Source: a virus
Virus record (IMG/VR): IMGVR_UViG_3300023180_000017
Reading direction: 5' to 3' (one strand)
DNA: 64,000 bases
The translations under genes and the position numbers were made by a program. This document shows, piece after piece, positions 28,195 to 36,780 of this stretch; position 1 is the first letter of the stretch; each line of letters begins with the position of its first letter. The notes beneath the pieces are model-generated. The model saw only the letters and a list, made by a program, of their open reading frames with translations. It was not told the DNA's origin and did not search any database.

Positions 28195-28857
28195 TTGTTT
28201 ACACATAATTTGGTAGAGATACCACAACTTAAACAGGTTAATACTGAGAACGGGCGGAGATATGTTACTCCGTCCGGGACTCAATATCCATCTGTTACAA
28301 CTATTTTATCTCATAAGTCTAAGCCATACATTCAAGCTTGGCGTAAAAGAATAGGCGAAAAAGAAGCAGATAAAATTAGTAGACGTGCCACAACTCGTGG
28401 TACAAAGATTCACAAACTTTGCGAAGACATTCTTAATAATGAATTGACTGAGGATACAAACCTCAATTATATTGATAAGGAAATGTTTCGTAAGTTTCGC
28501 CCTTTGTTAGATGATATTGATAATATCAGAGCAATCGAGGCAAAAATGTATAGTGATCATTTACGTCTTGCAGGACAGGTTGACTGTATTGCAGAATATA
28601 ATGGTAAACTATCTGTAATTGACTTTAAAACGTCAATGAAACCAAAAAGCAGAAGTCAGTGCGAAAATTATTTTATTCAATGCTCTGCCTATGCTATAAT
28701 GTTTGAGGAAAGAACAGGAATACCTGTTTCTCAATCAGTCATTCTTATGGCTGTTGAAGGCGAAGAGCCAATAGTGCATGTTGAAAAACGTGATAACTAT
28801 GTAGAAAAATTGCTCAACGCTAGAGACAGTTATGAGACTGAAGTTATAAATAACTAA
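28195..28857 (+). CDS. PD-(D/E)xK exonuclease
   Basis: YPSVTTIL, RGTKIH, AGQVDCI, IDFKTS, QCSAYA. Confidence 0.9.
   Translation: MFTHNLVEIPQLKQVNTENGRRYVTPSGTQYPSVTTILSHKSKPYIQAWRKRIGEKEADKISRRATTRGTKIHKLCEDILNNELTEDTNLNYIDKEMFRKFRPLLDDIDNIRAIEAKMYSDHLRLAGQVDCIAEYNGKLSVIDFKTSMKPKSRSQCENYFIQCSAYAIMFEERTGIPVSQSVILMAVEGEEPIVHVEKRDNYVEKLLNARDSYETEVINN
28845..28852 (+). promoter_or_regulatory. Late promoter for tmRNA
   Basis: TATAAATA immediately upstream of the tmRNA acceptor piece. Confidence 0.7.
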
Positions 28858-29171
28858 TCTGATGAAACGGACTGAAAAGGTATTTGGACGTGGGTGCGAT
28901 TCCCACCACCTCCACCAGATATGTATTTGTGTATTTGTAACAATGTAAGAGAGGGTGATACAGAAAAGTATCACTTAATTGGAACAAATTGTGGTAAGTG
29001 CATATCTGATGGGGGTGAACAGGTTCGACAAGTGCTCAGTAGGAAAGTGGAGGATCGGTGTGCAAGCGACCGTAACCGTAATGAAACACAATAAATGCCA
29101 ACGATGAGGTATTTTCTCTGGCTGCTTAAGCTAGACGGGGTAAGGGTTCCACCTTGTTATCAAACGGGCCC
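28858..29171 (+). ncRNA. ssrA: Circularly permuted two-piece tmRNA; tag ANDEVFSLAA
   Basis: Acceptor piece first: GAC-GTGGG-TGCGATT-CCCAC-CACCTCC-A-CCA ending 28917. Coding piece starts GGGGGTG at 29011 and pairs with CACCTCC including G3-U70. Tag frame 29097-29129 after ATAAAT. Terminal pseudoknot 29134-29171. Outer ends approximate. Confidence 0.92.
28921..29094 (+). CDS. Minimal Bfd-like [2Fe-2S] motif peptide starting in the tmRNA intervening segment
   Basis: MYLCICNNV...GTNCGKCI resembles Bfd (MYVCLCNG...GNQCGKCV); 30 codons lie in the IVS, 57 aa if read through the precursor; no RBS. Confidence 0.5.
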   Translation: MYLCICNNVREGDTEKYHLIGTNCGKCISDGGEQVRQVLSRKVEDRCASDRNRNETQ

Positions 29172-29204
29172 AATTTGACACACACATACACACAGGAGGT
29201 TATT

Positions 29205-29423
29205 ATGTCAAATCCATTCGAACTTAGATTTTCTATGTTTACTGAAGCAAAATCTTTGCTAACTGAACAGTATCACATGGAACGAGATAATCTAATATCC
29301 AAATATCATGCAGATGTAGATTCGGGGCTTAGTCCAGATTTTCCATCTATGCCTGCTTTTCCTAGCTTCAAAGAAATTGAAGTTATGGCAAATGATATTA
29401 ATAGATTTGTTTCGTCTAAGTAA
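29205..29423 (+). CDS. Conserved phage hypothetical protein
   Basis: CACACACATACACACAGGAGG leader and RBS; MSNPFELR...A...FV. Confidence 0.75.
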   Translation: MSNPFELRFSMFTEAKSLLTEQYHMERDNLISKYHADVDSGLSPDFPSMPAFPSFKEIEVMANDINRFVSSK

Positions 29424-29478
29424 GTAGTAATGGTATAGGCTCCACCATAACGGGCCTCTTTCTAGAAAGGAGAAAAAA

Positions 29479-29985
29479 ATGAAGTATTTTTTATCATTTT
29501 TAATTCTAATAGTAGCAGCGCCATGTTCTAGTTCGGCACAGGTTACAAGTGTAAACTATAATGAAATAGAATGTTTGGCAAGAAACATTTATTTTGAGGC
29601 AAGAAATCAATCCCTAAGAGGAAAGATTGCAGTAGGACAGGTTACAATGAATAGAGTTAGATCTAGTAACTATCCTAATACAGTTTGTGGTGTCGTTTAC
29701 CAGGCAGAATATAAACCAAGTTGGAAAACAGGGAATCCCGTTCCAGCTAGGAATAGATGCCAATTTAGTTGGTATTGCGACGGCAAGCCAGAAAAAATAC
29801 TTGATATGAAAACATGGGAGCATTGCTTTATGTTGGCTGAACTCTTAATTCATGGCAAATTACAAGAACCAATAGCACATGAAGCAACTCATTACCACGC
29901 CGATTATTCTAATCCTAGGTGGGCTAATTATATGCAGACAACGGGAAAGGTAGGCAACCATATTTTTTATAAAACGTTTGACTAA
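29479..29985 (+). CDS. SleB/CwlJ-type cell wall hydrolase
   Basis: Signal peptide; CLARNIYFEAR, VTMNRV, PNTVCGVVYQ, CQFSWYCDG, ATHYHA, GNHIFY. Confidence 0.93.
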   Translation: MKYFLSFLILIVAAPCSSSAQVTSVNYNEIECLARNIYFEARNQSLRGKIAVGQVTMNRVRSSNYPNTVCGVVYQAEYKPSWKTGNPVPARNRCQFSWYCDGKPEKILDMKTWEHCFMLAELLIHGKLQEPIAHEATHYHADYSNPRWANYMQTTGKVGNHIFYKTFD

Positions 29986-30006
29986 TACTCCAATAGGTAT
30001 TATAAT
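29978..30006 (+). promoter_or_regulatory. Sigma70-type promoter
   Basis: TTGACT-17 nt-TATAAT, 6 nt before ATG 30013 (leaderless geometry). Confidence 0.7.
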
Positions 30007-30012
30007 ATCAAC

Positions 30013-30891
30013 ATGAACTACTCAGAAGTACCCAACGTCATTGTAACCGGCGGGTGTGGATTTATAGGATCCCATTTAGTGGAAAGACTTCTTTATGAAG
30101 GCTTTGTTGTTACAGTTATTGACGATCAAAGAAGCGGAAGGACGGTTATAAATCATCCTAATGTTAAATATCACTTCTGCGATGTAGTTAAATTCAATCC
30201 TTATGTGTCTAATGTACAACCACCAACTGCTATATTTCATATGGCAAATAGTCCGAGGGTTAGACGTTCGTTAGACTATCCAACAGAAACAATTGCTAAT
30301 AATGTTGTAACAACAGCAGTCGTATCTGATTGGGCTAGGGTTATGAATTGTAGGTTGTTCTTTGCGACTTCATCTAGCACAAAGTATAAGGAATCTAAAA
30401 ATCCATATACTTGGAGCAAGTCTGTTTGTGAGGATTTATTAGAATTGTATAAGGAAACATACGGTTTAGTTTATACAAAGCTATTCTTTTACAATGTATA
30501 TGGACCTAGAGAAGCAGACTACGGTGAATATAGCACAGTCGTAAGAAAGTTTAAAATGGATTACTTAGCAGGAAATCCATTAACGGTATATGGTACAGGA
30601 AAAAAAGAAAGAGACTTTACACATGTCTTTGATGTTGTTCAAGGTCTCATGCAATTGTTAGTAGACGAGAGAGATCTTCAGGAAGTACATCTAGGCAAGG
30701 GGTATCCTGTTACTATCAATTCTATTGCAGAATGTTTTCCTTGTACTGTTATAAATGCTTTTGATAGACCTGGCGAGGCTCAAAGAACTTTTTGTGAAAC
30801 CCCTTATATAGAATGCCCAACAGATGTACATGCCTATATAAGACATTGGATCAAGGAGAACCCAATTGATCACGCTAATCGTGAACAATAA
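30013..30891 (+). CDS. NAD-dependent epimerase/dehydratase
   Basis: TGGCGFIGSH, YTWSK, FYNVYGP, RDFTHV. Confidence 0.9.
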   Translation: MNYSEVPNVIVTGGCGFIGSHLVERLLYEGFVVTVIDDQRSGRTVINHPNVKYHFCDVVKFNPYVSNVQPPTAIFHMANSPRVRRSLDYPTETIANNVVTTAVVSDWARVMNCRLFFATSSSTKYKESKNPYTWSKSVCEDLLELYKETYGLVYTKLFFYNVYGPREADYGEYSTVVRKFKMDYLAGNPLTVYGTGKKERDFTHVFDVVQGLMQLLVDERDLQEVHLGKGYPVTINSIAECFPCTVINAFDRPGEAQRTFCETPYIECPTDVHAYIRHWIKENPIDHANREQ

Positions 30892-31162
30892 AAAAGAAGA
30901 TTTGAAAGAAACAAGAATATCAGATGTTTTTCTTATTACAAAGGAATTCAAAACATCTACAGAATTTTCACAATTCATTGAAAAGAAATCATACCAAACA
31001 GGACTTACTTGTATGGATGTGATACTTGACTATTGTGAACGTAATGAGATTGAAGTTGAAAGTGTAAATAAACTTCTTAGCAGTTCGTTAAAAGAAAAGG
31101 TTAAAGCAGAAGCTCAAAGCCTTAACATGCTAAAGGAAAAGGAAAATCAACTACCTATTTAA
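30866..31162 (+). CDS. gp33: Late transcription coactivator gp33
   Basis: FSQFIE...MDVILDYCE..EIEVESV.KLLS.SLKEKVKAEA..LNML; gp33-gp59-gp32 synteny. Confidence 0.85.
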   Translation: MITLIVNNKKEDLKETRISDVFLITKEFKTSTEFSQFIEKKSYQTGLTCMDVILDYCERNEIEVESVNKLLSSSLKEKVKAEAQSLNMLKEKENQLPI

Positions 31163-31163
31163 A

Positions 31164-31772
31164 ATGGATCCCTTCGATGTTTACAAGTTATATCTAGCTC
31201 TAAAACTTCACTTTACAACTGAAGGCTATGATATACAAAAACATAAAGGTGCTGTAAGAGGCAAAAAAGAAACTTTCTTAAAAAGAAAGGACTTAACGTC
31301 AATTAGAAAACTAGCACGGGATTACAAAAGAAGTGAAATTATAGATCTTCTTGTTGCTAACTTTGTTAGTGGTGACCGTTGGGGAGGAATGTTTGATGCA
31401 GAGTCCTCAGAACGGTACAAAAGATGGTTGACAAAACAGGAAAGATTGTTATATAATGTTTCTGCAGACTTAGATAAAGTCCTATTCCGCATGGAAAAAG
31501 ACAATATAAATTCTGCAATATATGATGATGGGCACCCGCTTATTTTAAAGATGTTCATGGGTGGTGAAATCGAATTAGAGACGCTAGTAGTTCTTGAAAA
31601 ACTTTTACCATTTATATCTCAATATAAGGATGACTTTGTTTTACAAGATATATGCTTACTCGTTTCTAAATATAGGCCCTTTGTTAAATTTGATAAAGAA
31701 CGTGTTTTTGAAACACATAAGCATAGATTGAAACAGGTGTATGGGAATGTCCAAATCACGACGCCAAACTGA
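31164..31772 (+). CDS. gp59: Helicase loader gp59
   Basis: VYKLYLALKLHFT..YD, VANF, GHPLIL, LETLV, KYRPF. Confidence 0.9.
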   Translation: MDPFDVYKLYLALKLHFTTEGYDIQKHKGAVRGKKETFLKRKDLTSIRKLARDYKRSEIIDLLVANFVSGDRWGGMFDAESSERYKRWLTKQERLLYNVSADLDKVLFRMEKDNINSAIYDDGHPLILKMFMGGEIELETLVVLEKLLPFISQYKDDFVLQDICLLVSKYRPFVKFDKERVFETHKHRLKQVYGNVQITTPN

Positions 31773-31938
31773 AGAAGAGAGGCGTATTAAAAAAGTAGGA
31801 AAAACGGTAAAATCTAAATTTGATAAGTACCGTGGTCTTATAAATAATATAGAGTCGGTTGATGATTTAACCGATGAACTATATGATGAGTTTGCTGATG
31901 AACTTTACTATGAAGAACATAAGCATAAATACAATTAA
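31747..31938 (+). CDS. Small hypothetical protein
   Basis: Basic N-half and acidic C-half; fills the gp59-gp32 gap. Confidence 0.55.
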   Translation: MSKSRRQTEEERRIKKVGKTVKSKFDKYRGLINNIESVDDLTDELYDEFADELYYEEHKHKYN

Positions 31939-31976
31939 AATACAACGCTATACAACGTTATACAAGGAGAAAATAT

Positions 31977-32885
31977 ATGGCTTTTAATTCACTATCTGAG
32001 CTACGTAAATCACGTGGCGGTTTCGACAAGTTAATGAACGAGGTCGAAAAAATCGCAAACCCTAGCCAGAGCAATTCTGGTGATGACAGGGAATGGAAAC
32101 CAACAGTAGACAAAGCAGGAAACGGCTATGCTGTTATTAGGTTCCTTCCTCCCTCCCAGGGTGAAGAGTTTCCGTGGGTACGTTTATGGAATCATGGATT
32201 CCAAGGACCTACAGGAAAGTGGTACATCGAGAACTCTCTCACTACATTGAACCAGAATGATCCTGTTTCTGAATTGAACAGTGAATTGTGGAACAGTGGT
32301 GTAGAGGCAAACAAGGAAGTTGCACGTAAGCAAAAGCGTAGACTAGCTTACTATGCCAATATTCTTGTTGTTCAAGATTCAGGCAATCCTGAAAACAATG
32401 GCAAGGTATTTCTCTTTAAATTCGGTAAAAAGATCTTTGACAAAATTAAAGATGTTATGCAACCGCAGTTTGAAGACGAAGCACCTATGAACCCATTTGA
32501 TTTTTGGGAAGGCGCTAACTTTAAACTTAAGATTCGTCAGGTTGAAGGTTACAGAAACTATGACAAGTCTGAGTTTGATGCACCTACAGCGATCGCTGAT
32601 TCAGATGAGGCTATTGAAGCAATTTGGAACAAACAGCATTCTTTACAAGAGATTGTTGATCCTAAAAACTTTAAGTCTTATGATGAGTTAAAGAAAAAAC
32701 TTAACATGGTTCTAGGAGCAGGCGCTACAGTCGGTACAGCAGAACAAGTGTCTAAGTTTACAGACGATGCTGAAGATGATCACTTCATGGAGAAGGTTGT
32801 CTCAGCTCAAAAAGTATCAGCTGTTTCTGATGATACAGATGAAGATGATACACTTTCCTACTTTTCTAAATTAGCAGAAGACTAA
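31977..32885 (+). CDS. gp32: Single-stranded DNA-binding protein gp32
   Basis: DKAGNGYAVIRFLP, HGFQGP.GKWYIENSLTT, GKKIFDKI, GANFKLKIR, acidic tail ending YFSKLAED. Confidence 0.97.
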   Translation: MAFNSLSELRKSRGGFDKLMNEVEKIANPSQSNSGDDREWKPTVDKAGNGYAVIRFLPPSQGEEFPWVRLWNHGFQGPTGKWYIENSLTTLNQNDPVSELNSELWNSGVEANKEVARKQKRRLAYYANILVVQDSGNPENNGKVFLFKFGKKIFDKIKDVMQPQFEDEAPMNPFDFWEGANFKLKIRQVEGYRNYDKSEFDAPTAIADSDEAIEAIWNKQHSLQEIVDPKNFKSYDELKKKLNMVLGAGATVGTAEQVSKFTDDAEDDHFMEKVVSAQKVSAVSDDTDEDDTLSYFSKLAED

Positions 32886-32891
32886 GGAGTT

Positions 32892-32919
32892 AGGGGGGGA
32901 CTAGTTCCCCCCTTATTTT
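32892..32919 (+). terminator. Intrinsic terminator after gp32
   Basis: GGGGGGA-ctagt-TCCCCCC followed by TTATTTT. Confidence 0.8.
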
Positions 32920-33480
32920 ATGATTGTAATATCTATGCCACGATGTGGTGGAACTAAATTTTGTATGGACAAGGCCGAAGAGACCGGAAAACGTTTTGTT
33001 GGCGATTTGGACATAATGAATTTAGAAGAGCTATATTCTATTTGGGCAAAAATAAAATTTACACATCATGAAGTAGGACCCAGCCATTATCAAGCACTAC
33101 GCTCACATGAAATGGTTGAATATATTACAAATTCTAAGGATTACATAATTCTAAGTAATCATAACTTTCTACAATTAATGCCATATGGCGATTATTATCT
33201 TTTGCGAAAAAACAAAAGGAACATTTTATCAAGTATACTAGATTATTGGCTAAGAATTGGCAACGGTGAGTTAACCAATTTTAAATTAGAAGACTTGACA
33301 AAGATGGCAGTAACGTGTAAAATATACACATTGTTTTTAGAAAAGAACAATATAGAACCAATATGGTATGAGGATTATTTCAACAACAAACGGCATAATC
33401 CAACATGGATAAATCAACACAAGGACAAAAGAACCTTTAATAGCTACATTGATAATCTAGTAGCAGAATACAAATTATAG
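32920..33480 (+). CDS. Sulfotransferase-like protein
   Basis: N-terminal SMPRCGGT PSB loop, LLRKN...LSS, IWYED. Confidence 0.55.
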   Translation: MIVISMPRCGGTKFCMDKAEETGKRFVGDLDIMNLEELYSIWAKIKFTHHEVGPSHYQALRSHEMVEYITNSKDYIILSNHNFLQLMPYGDYYLLRKNKRNILSSILDYWLRIGNGELTNFKLEDLTKMAVTCKIYTLFLEKNNIEPIWYEDYFNNKRHNPTWINQHKDKRTFNSYIDNLVAEYKL

Positions 33481-33486
33481 TTTAAT

Positions 33487-33563
33487 GCGCTCTTAGCTCA
33501 GTGGATTAGAGCAACGGTCTTCTAAACCGTAGGTCGGAGGTTCGAATCCTCCAGGGCGCGCCA
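33487..33563 (+). tRNA. tRNA-Arg (anticodon UCU)
   Basis: Cloverleaf; ACGGT-CT-TCT-AA-ACCGT; GTTCGAATC; encoded CCA. Confidence 0.95.
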
Positions 33564-33564
33564 C

Positions 33565-33651
33565 GCCTCGGTGGTGAAATTGGTAGACACAAGAGACTTA
33601 AAATCTCTCGCCCGTTTGGGTGTGCCGGTTCGAGTCCGGCCCGAGGCACCA
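33565..33651 (+). tRNA. tRNA-Leu (anticodon UAA)
   Basis: AGAGA-CT-TAA-AA-TCTCT; long variable arm; encoded CCA. Confidence 0.95.
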
Positions 33652-33656
33652 AATAT

Positions 33657-33732
33657 GGGACTGTAGCTCAATGGTTAGAGCATCCGTCTTATAAGCGGAA
33701 GGTCAGTGGTTCAACTCCACTCAGTCCTACCA
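33657..33732 (+). tRNA. tRNA-Ile (anticodon UAU)
   Basis: TCCGT-CT-TAT-AA-GCGGA; GGGACTG/CAGTCCT acceptor stem; A73; encoded CCA. Confidence 0.9.
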
Positions 33733-33751
33733 AATAGAGTAAAGGTAAATA

Positions 33752-33964
33752 ATGGTTGATGTAAAATTAGCAACAGATAAACCGTATATTACACTGATAT
33801 GCAATCCATACGAATATGAAAGTTCAGTCAATACACGAATAACGATTGATGTAATGGAAAAAGATTTGAGTCGTGATGATATGGTTGGAGTGTTAGAAAC
33901 TTTTATGAAAGCAATGGGGTATCATTTTGCTCCAGGTGAACATTTAGGATATGAGTATGAGTGA
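33752..33964 (+). CDS. Hypothetical protein
   Basis: AAGG RBS; C-terminal FMKAMGY. Confidence 0.6.
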   Translation: MVDVKLATDKPYITLICNPYEYESSVNTRITIDVMEKDLSRDDMVGVLETFMKAMGYHFAPGEHLGYEYE

Positions 33965-34319
33965 ATATATTCCTGATAATTGGGTAGTCCTAAAAATTAA
34001 GCCAGGCAAAGGTGCATTCCCTATCTACAAGGTTCTCGCCGGCTGGAGTGGAGGATACCTCGATGGTGATAGTTGGCGTATTAATTCAGGTATTACCGAA
34101 GTTAAACAAGACGGTGACTATTACGAATTCTATGGATACAGTGGCAGTTGCTATCGCTGTCACAAAGACACTTATCGCTTGACAATGGCGAATGGTGGAG
34201 TGTATAATAGAATTAAAGAGCAAGAAGAATTTGATGGTCAAATTATACTAATGCCAGAAGACACAAACTGGTTGGAGATTGGACTTGCTGAAATTGAAAA
34301 GATACTTTCAAGAGTGTGA
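33957..34319 (+). CDS. Conserved phage hypothetical protein
   Basis: PDNWVV...YKVLAGWSGGYLDGDSWRINSGI...SGSCYRC. Confidence 0.75.
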   Translation: MSEYIPDNWVVLKIKPGKGAFPIYKVLAGWSGGYLDGDSWRINSGITEVKQDGDYYEFYGYSGSCYRCHKDTYRLTMANGGVYNRIKEQEEFDGQIILMPEDTNWLEIGLAEIEKILSRV

Positions 34320-34331
34320 TGAGTATCACTA

Positions 34332-36776
34332 CTATCCTCGATATCTTCTGTCTTGATATCTTTCTATGGATGTTGTATTTGGCCTTGGCGAAGGCGGATT
34401 TGTTAGAATTTGGATTGGGGGCTCTTGAGGAGTAGATTGTGTTGAATTGTTGTTTACAATTACTGGAGCAGAATCACCCACGCCTGCAGCATCATTCATA
34501 TTTTCTAACGCCGTGCCTGTAGGTACAGGTTGTCCTTTTTCTGCACTTGCTTGTTCTATCTGCGTAGCGGTTGCGTCTTGTCCTATAATAGGATTCTTAG
34601 AAAGGTCATATTGTGGTTTATTGCCCATTGCCACATTTGCTTGTATACTAGCATTTGCCATATTGTAATCTTCTTGTGATAATGGTACAGCTTCGCCGTT
34701 TCTCTCTACAACAACTCCGCCCACTTTAACCTCAGTATTATCTTCGTTTGATGTTGTTGTTGTTGTGTTGTTAGTGTCTCCCTCCAAGTAAGACATATCT
34801 GCTTTTTCGATTTGTCCACTTTCGATTTTTCCTAACTGATCTATTACGGCAGCTTTTTGTTCATCGCTTATATCGTTGTCTGCTAAGATGGCGTTTAATT
34901 GTGCGGGGTCGTTTGCTTCTTTTAGTAATTCTAGATTTACTTCACTATTTCCAATCCAGTTTTTGTTATATAGTCCGCTCTCTTTAGCTGCATCTAGTGC
35001 TGCTTCTCCAGATGTTGTTGTTACAGCATCTCCTACTGCCTCACCTGCAGCTCCGCCTGCGAAATAACCCAGAGCACCACCTATTAAACCTCCTATAGCT
35101 GTACCAACAACAGGAACAACAGAACCAATGGCAGCTCCGGCAGCTGCTCCACCCAGTGCTCCCCCAAAACCACCAGCAGCCTTTGTTACTGCTTCAGTTT
35201 TGCCTGCCTTTTCATCTCTTTGTGTAAACTTTTGACCGGTTTCTTCATTGGTGGCACCCGATTCTACTAATTGGTCTGCGGCTGTGTATCCTTGATAACC
35301 TTCATATAACGCCATACCGCCGGCTACCAAAGCACCACCTAACTTCATCGCACCGCCCATACGAGGTAACTTAAATCTACTCTTGCCAGGTTTTTTACCT
35401 TTTCTATTTTTTCGTTTATTTTTGCCATCGCGGGTCATCATCATATCACCTGCGGTATCAAGAAGAGAATCATCTCCACCGCCGCCCATGCCGCCATTAG
35501 CTTCAATCCTCTTTAATGTGTCGAGAATATCTTCTAAAACTTCATTGTTCTTTTCAGCCCAAGGCTCTTTGTCTACACCGGATTTAAATACAGTATTAGT
35601 GCTACTTTCGTTATTGTTTGTTGTAGAAGAACTACTTTCTGAGAGCTTCTCAGAGTCCTTCTGTTTGTTTTCTTTTATTAACTGAGGTGTAGACTCGCCT
35701 GTTAGTTGAAGTCCCTCTTCACCAACTGCTGTAGTTAGTCCCTCAGCTTGTCTTTCCTGAGCAATTTCCAGTCTGGCTTGTTTGGCTGCAAAAGCATCTG
35801 CAGCATTGTCGCCCGTACCCAAAGCATTGCCTAGGGTTCTGCTTATAAGCCCACCACCGCCAGATAAACCTCCTGTGTTAGGATCACCAAATAAACGTGT
35901 AGGGCTGAATGCTTGTTTTACTGCTTTGAGACCTGTAGCATCTTGATCGATGTTAAGAGCTTCTTTAAAACGACTACCGCCTCTTAAATCTTTTTTAACA
36001 TTATCTAAACCGAGGAGTTCACTTATTTTATCTCCACTATCTCCAGCAGTAATCTTTAATCTTTCTGTTTGTTTGCTTATTTCGTTTTTGGCTTTTTCTG
36101 CATCTTTACCTGTTAAGTTTTGTGCCTTAGCCATTAACTCTACAAGTTTTTTAAGTTCTGCTTGTGTTTCGTCACCTTCTTTTTCAAATATTTCTTGAAG
36201 AGCTCCTGCATTTTGTCCAATGTTTTTAGACATTGTTGCTGAGGCTTTAGCAGTACCAAATTGTAATGCGTTTGTAGTTTCACCTTGAGCACCTATGTTA
36301 CTGCCTGCTCTAATAGCGTTACCTAGCATTTCTATACGGTTTTCGCTATCCTCATACGCTTCTTCTTTAGCGTATGTGCCTCTTATTTCATCTCTGTACT
36401 TTATTCTACCCTGTTTGTCTGTTTCTTTTCTTACAGTAGACTTACCACCTATTTTGACTTTGTCCATTCTATTGACAACGTCTTCTCTAACTCTTTTTTC
36501 TGACTGATCAGAAACAACCTCTTCTGCTCTATTTCTTCTATCGGACTGTAGCGTTAATGCTGAGGAATCCCTTAAAGTATATTCATCTCTAGCACCCATA
36601 GTAACGTTTCTGGTAGGATCTTCTTGTCCTGCCATTTGACGCATTTCTCTGCGAACAACGTCCTGTTGCTTACGAATTAATTCCCTATGTTCTTTAGCTT
36701 TGTCTCCAGACAATCCAACAGAATCTGCTAGAAGTTTATCTAGTTTCGCTTTTTCTTTTTCGTAATTGCTAGCCAT
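34332..36776 (-). CDS. Tape measure / baseplate hub protein (gp29-like)
   Basis: Long helical protein with Gly/Ala zipper GAAIGSVVPVVGTAIGG and C-terminal PVIVNN; follows gp26/gp51. Confidence 0.7.
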   Translation of the reverse strand: MASNYEKEKAKLDKLLADSVGLSGDKAKEHRELIRKQQDVVRREMRQMAGQEDPTRNVTMGARDEYTLRDSSALTLQSDRRNRAEEVVSDQSEKRVREDVVNRMDKVKIGGKSTVRKETDKQGRIKYRDEIRGTYAKEEAYEDSENRIEMLGNAIRAGSNIGAQGETTNALQFGTAKASATMSKNIGQNAGALQEIFEKEGDETQAELKKLVELMAKAQNLTGKDAEKAKNEISKQTERLKITAGDSGDKISELLGLDNVKKDLRGGSRFKEALNIDQDATGLKAVKQAFSPTRLFGDPNTGGLSGGGGLISRTLGNALGTGDNAADAFAAKQARLEIAQERQAEGLTTAVGEEGLQLTGESTPQLIKENKQKDSEKLSESSSSTTNNNESSTNTVFKSGVDKEPWAEKNNEVLEDILDTLKRIEANGGMGGGGDDSLLDTAGDMMMTRDGKNKRKNRKGKKPGKSRFKLPRMGGAMKLGGALVAGGMALYEGYQGYTAADQLVESGATNEETGQKFTQRDEKAGKTEAVTKAAGGFGGALGGAAAGAAIGSVVPVVGTAIGGLIGGALGYFAGGAAGEAVGDAVTTTSGEAALDAAKESGLYNKNWIGNSEVNLELLKEANDPAQLNAILADNDISDEQKAAVIDQLGKIESGQIEKADMSYLEGDTNNTTTTTSNEDNTEVKVGGVVVERNGEAVPLSQEDYNMANASIQANVAMGNKPQYDLSKNPIIGQDATATQIEQASAEKGQPVPTGTALENMNDAAGVGDSAPVIVNNNSTQSTPQEPPIQILTNPPSPRPNTTSIERYQDRRYRG

Positions 36777-36780
36777 TTAT

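Noticed and set aside
28195-28857. Exonuclease as Cas4
   Set aside because: Lacks the four-Cys Fe-S arrangement; matches the common phage PD-(D/E)xK exonuclease.
28894-28920. GTG start giving MRFPPPPPD extension
   Set aside because: These bases are the tmRNA T-arm and acceptor stem; the Bfd-like similarity begins at ATG 28921.
29154-29204. TTG-start N-terminal extension of the 29205 ORF
   Set aside because: Overlaps the tmRNA pseudoknot; a strong AGGAGG precedes ATG 29205.
34447-36507. Plus-strand ORFs opposite the tape measure gene
   Set aside because: Antisense shadows without RBS or recognisable motifs.
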